Source: Octopus bimaculoides (taxonomy: Eukaryota). Taken from it: a stretch of DNA of 33,610 bases. The translations under genes were made by a program, and so were the position numbers. Within the stretch, counting starts at the first letter, position 1. Each line of letters begins with the position of its first letter. Where the stretch lies: NCBI RefSeq assembly GCF_001194135.2, contig NC_068998.1:31037133-31070742 (forward strand), given 5' to 3'. The notes under the pieces are model-generated. The model was not told the DNA's origin. It worked only from the letters and a program-made list of their open reading frames with translations, and did not search any database. Shown piece by piece: positions 1 through 9,239 of the stretch.

Positions 1-420
1 TCTGATAAGAACAACTGGTCAAAATTTGGTGAAAATCTGAGATGATGGGTTTCATGCCTATCCCACATTTATATGGAACTAGCAGAGAAACCCGGCCTTT
101 GCCTGGGATTAAAATAGCATAGTTTCTTTTTATTGTTTTACTTGTTTCGGTATTATAACCTGATTTCATCTGGGTCTACTTGGGTCACTTTTAAAGATGA
201 GAAATTCCAAAAAAAAATCAAAACAAACAAACAAAATTTTATTAAAAATTAGTAATGAAAAAAAGCATGCCAAGTGTCTTTGAGAAGCGATTGGAGAAAC
301 TTCGCGGATGCGGATGTGAAGGGAAAGGAATGATGGGAAAATGCCGGAAAAAAAAAAAAATACCAATCGGGTGTCTGCACAAAACTGAAATAGTATAATG
401 TGACTGACTGCACTTACAAT

Positions 421-910
421 TAGTTGGATGCTGTCAACTTAATGTGACAGTCCCCTGAAGGGAATAATAGTACTGTTGGTTAGACCTAGGAAGCTGCACC
501 ACTTCCTGTCAGCCTTGACACATTTCCTGTGTCCTTATGACAGCATACAACTACTTCATCGAATCACTACTGCATAAAACTCTCTCAGAGATTTAGAATG
601 TATTATTTCTAAATTTAAAATCAGTGAACGTATTTCACTAGAATTATTATATGTTTACAAGGGCTTGACAGGCATCTTCGGCTAGCAGGTCATGCTACTC
701 CAGACTGATGACGGGCAAAGACTCAGAAACATGTCTCTGGATGCAGGCTTAGCTTGTCTCCCCCTTGTAAACATAAGGACACAAGGTCTAACCCACAGTA
801 GTATTATTCCATTCAGGGGACTGTCACATTAAGTTAACAGCATACAACTACTTCATCGTATCACTACTGCATAAATCTGAGAGATTTAGAAATGTATTGT
901 TTCTAAATTT
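421..910 (+). mobile_element. Penelope-like retroelement pLTR-type insertion with inverted 5' segment and 11-bp TSD
   Basis: GCACTTACAAT lies directly before (410-420) and directly after (911-921). 421-487 is an inverted copy of 784-850 (62/67 identical). There is an internal direct repeat (~540-616 vs ~838-910) and a hammerhead-like motif at 699-741. Confidence 0.65.
699..741 (+). ncRNA. degenerate minimal type I hammerhead ribozyme motif
   Basis: tccaga-CTGATGA-cgggcaaagactca-GAAA-CATG-TC-tctgga. Stem I is 6 bp (tccaga/tctgga), both core boxes are intact, stem III is the palindrome ACATGT, and a GTC cleavage triplet is present. Stem II is imperfect. Confidence 0.6.
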
Positions 911-1102
911 GCACTTACAATGTTTTGGATACAATATGTAGTCACACCCAACCTAATTTTGCGGAATCAGTGTCACAACGTGAACCCATGTGCTAGGAGT
1001 CTGACTGTTGACATGAAGAAGGTGGATGCAGCTGGACTAAAAATTTGATAAACTGACAATGACTCCAGTGATGGGAGAGTAATGGCGGTAGGTTCAAAAG
1101 TG

Positions 1103-1570
1103 TTATTGCAGGGCTTCTTTGTAGACAACTTTCCTGGTGTTGCCCAGATTACCACAAATGAAGAGATTGTGTGGACTGCCGACAATGGAGCATCCGGCAT
1201 ATAGTTGACCATGGCTAAATACCTTTTGTGTCAGATTTAGGCCAGCTACTCGTTAACGACTGTCCCTGTGCCTTGTTGATGCTCATTGCCAAGCATACTT
1301 TTACGGGAAACTGCCGTCATGTAAATTTACATGGCACGGCAAAGGAACTAAGGGTCATGGGGGTTAATAACTTTGTCACACCAGCAGATGGTCCGCTCAG
1401 AATTAAGGTCCCAATTTTTTTGATGATGAGACGTGTACTGTTGCATAGTTCTGGTGGTTCTCCGTTTCTCAGCAGCATAACTGGAACACCAACTTTCAGT
1501 CTAAAATCATGAGGTGGAAGTCTGGGAGGTGGTTGGTTGGTGAGGAATTCAATAGGTGTGCAAATTTTCA
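1103..1570 (-). pseudogene. Helitron PIF1-like helicase C-terminal remnant (frameshifts and stops)
   Basis: Manual minus-strand translation across frames gives PIEFLTNQPPPRLPPHDFRLKVGVPVMLLRN..ELCNSTRL, RQFPVKVCLAMSINKAQGQSL, VFSHGQLYAGCS and NTRKVVYKEALQ* (stop at 1103-1105). These are the conserved C-terminal motifs of Helitron RepHel helicases. Confidence 0.9.
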
Positions 1571-1656
1571 GCTCAATCTGACCACATTTACTAGCACTTT
1601 TGCCTGAACAACTGCTTGTGAGACAACGTCCGCCCTTTTCACAAATATATAGTAGA

Positions 1657-1895
1657 CTTACAGAGATACCCGGCCTTGCTTGGGATTAAAATGGCATAGT
1701 TTTTTATTGTTTTACTGGTTTAGTTATTATAACCCAATTTCATTTGGGTCTACTCGGGCCACATTTTAAAAGATGAAAAATTTTGCCCTAGAGGCCACGC
1801 CTTTCAATTGAGCAAACTCAAAGTTGCTATGCAAACTCGCCAGCACTTTTAACATAGGTGTGCATATTTTCAGCTCAATCCGACCACATATGCAC
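1657..1895 (-). mobile_element. short Helitron 3'-end copy, same family as the 79 end
   Basis: 1657-1790 aligns by eye with 79-215 (cagaga.acccggcc...gggattaaaat.gcatagtt...gggtctact...aaagatga). The terminal CTAG is degraded. Confidence 0.7.
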
Positions 1896-1905
1896 ACATT
1901 ATATA

Positions 1906-2030
1906 TCATCATCATCATCATCATCGTTTAACGTCCGCTTTCCATGCTAGCATGGGTTGGACGATTTGACTGAGGACTGGTGAAACCAGATGGCAACACC
2001 AGGCTCCAATCTAATTTGGCAGAGTTTCTA
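1906..2030 (-). mobile_element. SINE/RTE-type 3' tail ending in (GAT)n
   Basis: (cat)n-cgtttaacgtccgctttccatgctagcatgggttggacg is the near-exact reverse complement of 16320-16446. Confidence 0.85.
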
Positions 2031-2786
2031 TAAGCAAAATATGTACTCCCACACACAGCACAGGAAAAGTATGAGTCCACAGGTGAAACAGTGCATGTAA
2101 AAATTAAAATTGTGGTATTTGCGCAAACTAATTTTAGTCCCTACATAGCTAGATGTATATATATAAGCATACCGGAAAAAGTAAAAAAAATGAAGAAGCA
2201 AGGAGGGATTGAAATTTTGAAGTTGCGATTTTTGAAAGTTTTTTTTCAGAATCGGAATCTCTATAGCCTAAAAAAAATTAAGAGGGAAAGGGTTCCGTTT
2301 ACATATCCTCCATCTGGACCATAATCATAAATAATAATAATGTAAATTAAATATACACCACATCCCCATGTGAACCATTTTATGAAAAACAAACATTAAT
2401 AGTTAATGTCATAAATTAATATTCACAGTTAATGTTATAAAGTTGATTATGATTCTGAAAGAAAAAATGCAGTAAAATTTCAATTTTTCCAAAAAAATAA
2501 ATCAAATAAACACCCCCACCCCTCCGCTCTATGACAAGAAGTGAAGTGTTTTCTCTACTAATGTTTCATAACGCACATAACCCAACATGTTGTGGTCAGG
2601 GTCTTTTGGAATTAAGAGAGGTATGTAAAAATTAGATTTTTTGCTCACACATACGCAAAATGACAATTTTTTTTTTTCTTTTTTGGTAATTCGTATTTAG
2701 AAAGTTGATCCTTGGTTTGGCTGTTGTTTCTAGCGTGTCAGATTTCCGGTTGGGGCAGATTTAAATTTTGAAATTTTTTTCTTTGG

Positions 2787-2796
2787 NNNNNNNNNN
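2787..2796. other. assembly gap (10 N)
   Basis: N run. Confidence 1.
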
Positions 2797-2937
2797 AAAA
2801 TTTAAGAAATTCAGGCCGCGGGGGAGTAGAATTAAAATTTTGAATTACAGATTCAGAATCTCTGCACTCATTATAGTGGGTTCCAAGAAAAATAGTGTAA
2901 TAGATGTAAAACAACTTGCTCTGAAAAAATATCAAGA

Positions 2938-2939
<2 letters not shown>

Positions 2940-2969
<30 letters not shown>

Positions 2970-3020
2970 TTCACACACACACACGCATATATATACACAC
3001 ACACATATATATATATATAT
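2940..3020. repeat. compound (CA)n/(TA)n microsatellite
   Basis: Visible dinucleotide runs. Confidence 0.95.
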
Positions 3021-3117
3021 GTATAAAGAAGACCACTAGGTGAACGGCCTAATGTGCTAGAAGATCACATTCTTCTAGCACATTAGCCATCCACCTTGTG
3101 GTCTCCTTTATATATAC
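3017..3117. repeat. ~100-bp imperfect hairpin (probable miniature inverted-repeat element)
   Basis: The left arm ataaagaagaccactaggtgaacggcctaatgtgctagaaga pairs with tcttctagcacattagccatccaccttgtggtctcctttat around the 6-nt loop tcacat. Confidence 0.75.
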
Positions 3118-3118
3118 A

Positions 3119-4430
3119 CTAGCAGTATAACCCGACCTTGTCCGGGTGTGAATTATCACGCCATCTACAATAAGTCTTGCTAGGTGAAAAATCAACTAAA
3201 AAAGAAAGCCTTACAATGAATAAAACCCTTATATGTTCATAATTCAAAAGACAATGAAATTAATAGGGAAATCTGAAGGCTGTTTTGCGTAACATTATTA
3301 AGTGTACGTAAATTTCATCCATCTAATTGGCTATACAAATGCTTGTGCAAAACAACTTTTTGCGCTGCCCTGATTATACATAGCAGGGTAATCCCTTTTA
3401 GCAGGAGCTAGGACGGCAATTTCTGATGAAACAATTGCTGGTGATCTGTTGCTACAGTTTTGCCAGAATTCTATCAGATTGGGCAGAAGATGTTGATGCA
3501 CCATTTTGCATTATGTTCAAAGTAGCTACTGGAATGTGGTGAATTACTGCAGTCTGTTGCTGTCATTTTAAACCGGTTGCTTTCTTTCCCCAGCAAACTC
3601 TCTTCTTTGGAGGCATAATCTATGTATATATTAAACAGAACAAAAGTTATAATAGATGGCAGGGTCGGTACTTTTCACATATCTGTAAGTTTTCAGATTA
3701 ACACAAGCACAATCACCAAACCCTAACCCTAAAACCCTAAACCTAACACTAATCCTAACCCTAACACTAACCCTAATCCTAAACCCTGACCCTAAAACCC
3801 CAACACCCTAGTGAAAATTGTGGTATATTCACCAAACATTGACGAACAGGAGTTATATTGTAGTCAATGATTGTGTGTACAGGTGGAAGAGAAGAAATAT
3901 AAAAGTTGCTAGAAACAACAGCCAAATCTCCCTTAAATCACACAAAGTAAACGGAATTTAAAAATTTTTGCATCAATGAAATTTTATCGATGTGAACTTT
4001 CCAGTCAAGTAATTACGCACTCAACATATAATATGGAGAGTAAGAGTAAAAGAGGGAGAGGGAGAGAGAGAAAGAGAGAGAGAGAGAGAGATAGAAAGTG
4101 ATACATAAACCCTAACACAGACACTCTAGTGAAAATCGTGGTACATTTACCAAACATTGACGAACATGAGTTATATTGTAGTGAATGTTTTGTGAGAGAG
4201 AAGAGGGAGAGAGAGGGGGAGAAGGAATAGAGATGGGAGCAATGAAGAGAGAGAAAGGGAGAACGGAAGACAGTTATAAAATAGCAATGCGTGCATGTGT
4301 TTATATAAGAAACACAGAAACTAAATCTTATATCTATAATGTTGATGTGTGTGTGTTTATGTGTATGTTGTCACAGATCACGTATGTGTGGTTGTGTGTG
4401 TTTTTACGTATCTATGTTATGAAAAATAGG
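3119..4430 (-). mobile_element. probable non-autonomous Helitron (3' end at 3119; 5' boundary uncertain)
   Basis: The minus-strand end is an acccggac-aag-gtcgggt hairpin then tatactg-CTAG|T. It contains a CCCTAA-like array, a duplicated ~63-bp unit (3808-3870, 4126-4188) and (GA)n. Confidence 0.55.
3718..3808 (+). repeat. degenerate telomere-like (CCCTAA)n array
   Basis: ccctaaccctaaaaccctaaacctaacactaatcctaaccctaacactaaccctaatcctaaaaccctgaccctaaaa. Confidence 0.85.
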
Positions 4431-4563
4431 TAAAGAATACTGAGAGGAAAGTTTAATCTATGACTTTGTATGTATCACTTTCTCTCTCTCTCTCTTTTAC
4501 TCTTACTCTCTATATTATATGTTGAGCGTGTGTGTAAGAACGCCGTTCCAGGTAGAAGGGAAG

Positions 4564-5012
4564 NNNNNNNNNNNNNNNNNNNNNNNNNNNNNNNNNNNNN
4601 NNNNNNNNNNNNNNNNNNNNNNNNNNNNNNNNNNNNNNNNNNNNNNNNNNNNNNNNNNNNNNNNNNNNNNNNNNNNNNNNNNNNNNNNNNNNNNNNNNNN
4701 NNNNNNNNNNNNNNNNNNNNNNNNNNNNNNNNNNNNNNNNNNNNNNNNNNNNNNNNNNNNNNNNNNNNNNNNNNNNNNNNNNNNNNNNNNNNNNNNNNNN
4801 NNNNNNNNNNNNNNNNNNNNNNNNNNNNNNNNNNNNNNNNNNNNNNNNNNNNNNNNNNNNNNNNNNNNNNNNNNNNNNNNNNNNNNNNNNNNNNNNNNNN
4901 NNNNNNNNNNNNNNNNNNNNNNNNNNNNNNNNNNNNNNNNNNNNNNNNNNNNNNNNNNNNNNNNNNNNNNNNNNNNNNNNNNNNNNNNNNNNNNNNNNNN
5001 NNNNNNNNNNNN
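4564..5012. other. assembly gap
   Basis: N run. Confidence 1.
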
Positions 5013-5165
5013 CCCCACCCCGCCTCTCGCGAGCATTTGTTTTTTTACTTCATATTCGTTCTCAGCAAGTTGTTTTACACCTATTAAACTAATTTTTTTA
5101 AATTTTTGTCACCGGGTCAAACGCTTTAGTTTGACCAAATTTTTTTTTTAATCCCAAAGGACGTG

Positions 5166-5385
5166 CGGGGCGATCTTTCGTTTTGAGTACATTTTACGTC
5201 ATTTCTAATCCAGGTGCGTTTGTTTGTTTCTGTATAAGGGTTTTAGGGTTAAGGTTAGGGACGGAATTCCTTAACCTTAACCCTAAAACCTTTTTACGGA
5301 AAGCGACGATCTTGTTCAGAAACATAAACAAACGCACGTGGATTAGAAATGACGTAAAATGTACTCAAAACGGAAGATCGCCCCG
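5166..5385. mobile_element. palindromic MITE with 60-bp TIRs and central inverted telomere-like repeats
   Basis: The terminal 60 bp (cggggcgatctt...gtgcgtttgttt) match the reverse complement of the right end at 58/60. The centre is aagggttttagggttaaggttaggg-acggaattcc-ttaaccttaaccctaaaacctt. Confidence 0.8.
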
Positions 5386-6106
5386 ACTTTTTAATGGACT
5401 CTTTACCAAAAACAGGTAGTGTATAATTTATTTACATTGTGTAAAACAATTATTTACTTTGTTTAGAAAAAACCCTCATACATGTTTTGCGCATGACGCG
5501 CATTCGCACTAGGTAGTCGTAGGAACGACTAGTCACGACTAGCTAGCGCGGATGCGTTAGTGTGCGAGTGCGCGCACCGGGACCACTCTTCTTGAATAGT
5601 ACCAAAACCAACTAGTCGATTGATAATCCTACATGCAATGATACAACAGTCACTGGCCTTCTGACGGTTCAGCAGATAATAGATAAAATTATATTTCTCG
5701 AAAGGAATGTAACAAATTTTCATGAACCCACGTGGTCTCTTCAATACACAATATCCACTTAACTTAAACGTGGATGTTCTGTCAGAACAAACTTTACTAC
5801 GGTATTTAACATGAAAAGAAATTCTCATATAGGCGTTTGGTGCAGTAAGTACGCTTGTTTACACTGCAATTGTCGCTAATATATACTTTTAGATATTTAG
5901 CGATAATGAAGCCATTATTTTTAACCGATAGCTACGAGTTACAAACTAAGTATTTAAATAAATTTTCACCTTATTTGACAAATAAAATATTTTAGTATTG
6001 AGGGAGAACAAAACCTGAAACTCTAACACAATATAATGGTCAATATAAAAAAAAGGATATAGTCTATTAAATAGAATGCAAAATAAGTAGAAAAACTTTC
6101 ACTAAC

Positions 6107-6116
6107 CTTGCGCCAT
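6107..6116 (-). CDS. candidate 10-nt first coding exon (ATG GCG CAA G) of an unidentified divergent gene
   Basis: The minus strand reads acaaaATGGCGCAAG|gttagt: good start context and a strong donor, just downstream of CCGGAAGT and a pyrimidine-rich stretch. No second exon was identified. Confidence 0.4.
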
Positions 6117-6279
6117 TTTGTCTCACTAAGCAGCGAGAGAACTCTGTACACTTCCGGGTCCAAATATGCACTTCCTCTCGCTCTCATAATTATTTCAATT
6201 TTTTGGCGTCGGTCACTAGTTAAAAAGAAAAAAAAGGTGGGAAAGTGAGGCTTCGGTCTTAAAGCCGAAACTGTCGACT

Positions 6280-6328
6280 GTACAGAGACATTACGACTGC
6301 CACCTTCGGCCATTTACGGTCGCTGTTA
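6280..6328 (+). other. COPB1: candidate non-coding first exon of COPB1 (start uncertain)
   Basis: The COPB1 ATG exon begins at an acceptor (ttccag|ggg at 18283), so an upstream exon is implied. The donor tta|gtatgt at 6328/6329 lies in the nearest promoter-like region. Confidence 0.4.
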
Positions 6329-7021
6329 GTATGTATACATACAATTATGTGCGTTGACTGCAGCATCTCTCGCTTTGTTTACGAGATGCCAATACAAATG
6401 TTCTCTGAAAAAATAATCGAATACCACTCCGAACACGACAAATCAGTGTCTGTTACCCCTTCTCTACATTAGATGTCCTTGTAATAAGTCAATGCTTGCA
6501 CTAACTTATAATTTCGTATAATCAGTTGAGATAATCTTTCAAGGGGATTTAATAGCACTGCTATCAAAATAAGACAATGTATTGACTTCTAGATTGTTTA
6601 ATATGTTTTATAATTTCCTATATATAGAGAAAAGCCGAGAAAGGGATTTTATAGCGTCGCTAACACGATATATTAAGGACAATGTATTAAGTTCTCAATT
6701 GTTTAATATACTTGGTGCATAACGAAACACGGTATTCCTACAATTAATATGTAGGTACTAGCAGTAAGAAAAGTGTTTTCTATGTAAAATTGGTATTTTC
6801 AATACACTTGTATACTGAGTGGCGTTTTCAGCAGTGAGCTTGTAGAACGTAGTATTTTCTTATAAAGCGCTTAATATATTTATATCATGGGTGCATAACG
6901 AAATAGAGTACTTGTTCAGTTTAGTGATATAAAAAAAAAGTAGGGGGAGGATAAATAGCAAAAGAAGCAGAGGGACATAAACACGTCAACTTAATTTGTA
7001 ATCGATTCTCATGTTTAACAC

Positions 7022-7180
7022 GTCCACACACAAAATGTGGAAAACATGTGGATGCGGTTGAAACGAAAGTTGAGACGACATTGGACGAATTGTTTCTTTC
7101 ATATCTGCATAAGTTTCTCTGGCGTAATTCCACTGAGAAAAATGACATTTGCTCACTTTCTGGCTTCTTTTATTACTTTA
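7022..7180 (+). pseudogene. Merlin / IS1595(ISXO2)-like transposase C-terminal fragment
   Basis: VHTQNVENMWMRLKRKLRR, then a frameshift, then DELFLSYLHKFLWRN. This resembles the HTQxxExxW...F.SYLxEFxWR end of ISXO2/Merlin transposases. Confidence 0.75.
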
Positions 7181-7339
7181 TTTTCCCCTTATTTTTATTT
7201 ACTTTTTATATCACTAAACTAAACAATTACCTGAAATATTAGTATATTCAGTATTGTTATACCGCTACACAGTGGCATTTCAAGCAACGAGCATCCAAAT
7301 GGATACTGTGCGATGCTGACAAAAGAGCAAGGTCTCTTT

Positions 7340-7780
7340 TGAATGATTTCACCTTTGCATCCAAAATATTCAGTGTTCATGATTTCTGACAAGGTTTAAA
7401 GCTTCTATAAAATGTTTAGTAAATATAAACTTCACAGCTATTAGTTAATGTATAACAACCCATTTACATGTCTATCTAACAAGTGGGGGAGTGAGGAAAC
7501 TTAAAGACACAGATATTGCAATTTTCTAAAGATTTCATGCAGATATTTTCGGTGTTCATGATTTCTAAGAGACATTAAAGCTTCTTTAAAATATTTGGTA
7601 AATATAAACTTCATAGCCATTAGTAAATGTACAATAACCCAGTGCTTGTCAATCTGACCAACAGTAATGAGAAAACAAAATCATAAATTCTTCATTTTGC
7701 AATTTTCGAGTGGTTTTACACTCGTTTAAAAAGTTCTCGGTGTTTATGCTTTCTGAGAAGCCTTAAGGCTTTTATGAGTC
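7340..7780 (+). repeat. degenerate tandem repeat, period ~180-190 bp
   Basis: t.ttc.gtgtt.atg.tttct.a recurs near 7370, 7548 and 7737. aaagcttct.taaaat.ttt.gtaaatataaacttca.agc.attagt.aatgta.aa.aaccca occurs twice. Confidence 0.7.
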
Positions 7781-8100
7781 ATTCGATAGAACTCCACGAG
7801 AGCTGTATACGTGAACAAAGATTTGTCTCATATTTTCTTTCTTAATATTTCTAAATGCATACCGAACACTTGCATATATTTAGGCATACGAGCACAAGCA
7901 TAAATTGAAAGTTACCAAGATATCCTCCCCATCTTGTTCCATGCCTCTCGTGGTAATAATTTATATATATTTGTTCTTTGCTAATCATAGTAATGGACTG
8001 AAATTTACTACTCGGGGTAATCTGAACCTCGAGTTCCCTGTAGGAATCTGCTATCAGCATTGTTCTATCAATAGTACTTTGGCATATGGTCGACAATTTA

Positions 8101-8317
8101 AAGGGAGATTACTTTAGGTTACCTTTTAGTTTATTTTGTTTTAGTGCTACTTTCTGTGTGATCTACGTGATAGAATTTACTTTGATGGATGATCTACGCG
8201 CTTATTTTAATTATTATATGGTTTTGTTATTAAGATAGTAAGAATTTTGAAAAAATACATTTACAATGCTAAGTATGTACAAAATAATTTTAAAAGTAGC
8301 CTAAAGTAATCTCCCTT
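8101..8317. mobile_element. MITE with 38-bp TIRs
   Basis: aagggagattactttaggttaccttttagtttattttg (8101-8138) matches the reverse complement of 8280-8317 at 33/38. Confidence 0.75.
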
Positions 8318-9239
8318 CTAGACCATCCCCCACCATGGAGCACCAACATTTCAATGTAAAAATATAAATTTTACAATAGACAACTTTTTAGATGTACAAT
8401 ATATGCATTTTTATTGAGCTTGTGTGATCATAAAAGATATAAAAGTTCTGTCAAATAATTGAGTGATATTCCAAAAAAGCATTTATTTGAAACATAGAAT
8501 TATATACAGAAGAGTGCAAAAAATTTTTACTTTTGGGCTAAATTTTGACATATACATTCCCGGAGAACAAGTTTTATGCTCTAGTTTATTATCCCTTATA
8601 ATGAAATTGCGAGGTTAAAATTGACAAAAGAGTGGTTTTTGCAAGCCTGATGCATTTTCAGAGGCCTCTAAGTGTGTCTTCTAATATTGTCAACAACTGT
8701 TATGGACAGAGCAGTCTTCAAATTCAAGCCACTTCGCAGAAGTTTGCTTATATTAGAAATCTTGGCCTTACAGATGGGCCCTTGAATGTGAATTTTTTGC
8801 TTTCCCTCTTTGAAAAGGTTCATATTTGAAAGGCTGATGACTTCAAAAATGAAGGAAGAAAGAGCAATAACATAGCATATTCTGACATCCGATATTTAGA
8901 TTATTTTATGATTTGTTTTTAAAGATATTGCATTCCATGAGAGACGGGGTCTTCAAAACCCTAAAAGTATACATGTGTTCCTTATGCATATAGAGATATT
9001 AACATAATAAATTTCAGCCAAATGACTTGCAAGTTTTCTCACTTGAACATGTCAGATTGAGAAGTACTGGATTTAAATACATTTACAAATAGCTGTAAAC
9101 ATTATATTTAGCAAACATTTCGAAAATACAACTCTATTTTTTGAAAAACTATAAGACACTGAAGTCATTTCAAAATTACAAAATGAATAATCCTTGTTTA
9201 ATCAGATTAAAATTCAACATTAGTGACATTGTCAGATGA

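Larger units (their letters stand above)
79..1600 (-). mobile_element. Helitron 3' fragment (PIF1 helicase C-terminus, 3' UTR, terminal hairpin and CTAG), interrupted by a Penelope-like insertion at 421-910
   Basis: The minus-strand end reads cccaggc-aaag-gccggg hairpin, 8 nt, then CTAG|T (CTAG at 79-82). A helicase remnant lies upstream on the same strand. Confidence 0.8.
6080..6430. promoter_or_regulatory. CpG-enriched putative bidirectional housekeeping promoter
   Basis: CpG is locally high against an AT-rich background. There is an ETS-type ACTTCCGG at 6150-6157, a YY1-type CGCCATTTT at 6111-6119 and a second GCCATTT near 6309. Splice donors point outward on both strands (6106 minus, 6329 plus). 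Confidence 0.6.

Noticed and set aside
1-62. Possible exon 2 of the divergent gene (atag|GC ATG AAA CCC..., giving GMKPIISDFHQILTSCSYQ)
   Set aside because: The frame is open to the window edge, but the polypyrimidine tract is weak and the peptide is not recognisable. Unsupported.
140-182. Second hammerhead-like motif on the minus strand (cagatga...accgaaac)
   Set aside because: The core is CAGAUGA rather than CUGAUGA, and the motif is not conserved in the paralogous copy near 1715-1750.
973-1212. 79-aa minus-strand ORF as a host exon
   Set aside because: It is an alternative frame overlapping the Helitron helicase end and 3' UTR.
4470-5151. Long ORFs of 173-210 aa in the track
   Set aside because: They are made almost entirely of X from the N-gap. 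The same applies to those at 11155-12072 and 12650-13770.
6023-6313. 96-aa minus-strand ORF starting MAEGG
   Set aside because: It runs through promoter motifs and a poly-T stretch (FFFF) with no recognisable domain. It overlaps the more plausible COPB1 5' exon. An alternative start cannot be fully excluded.
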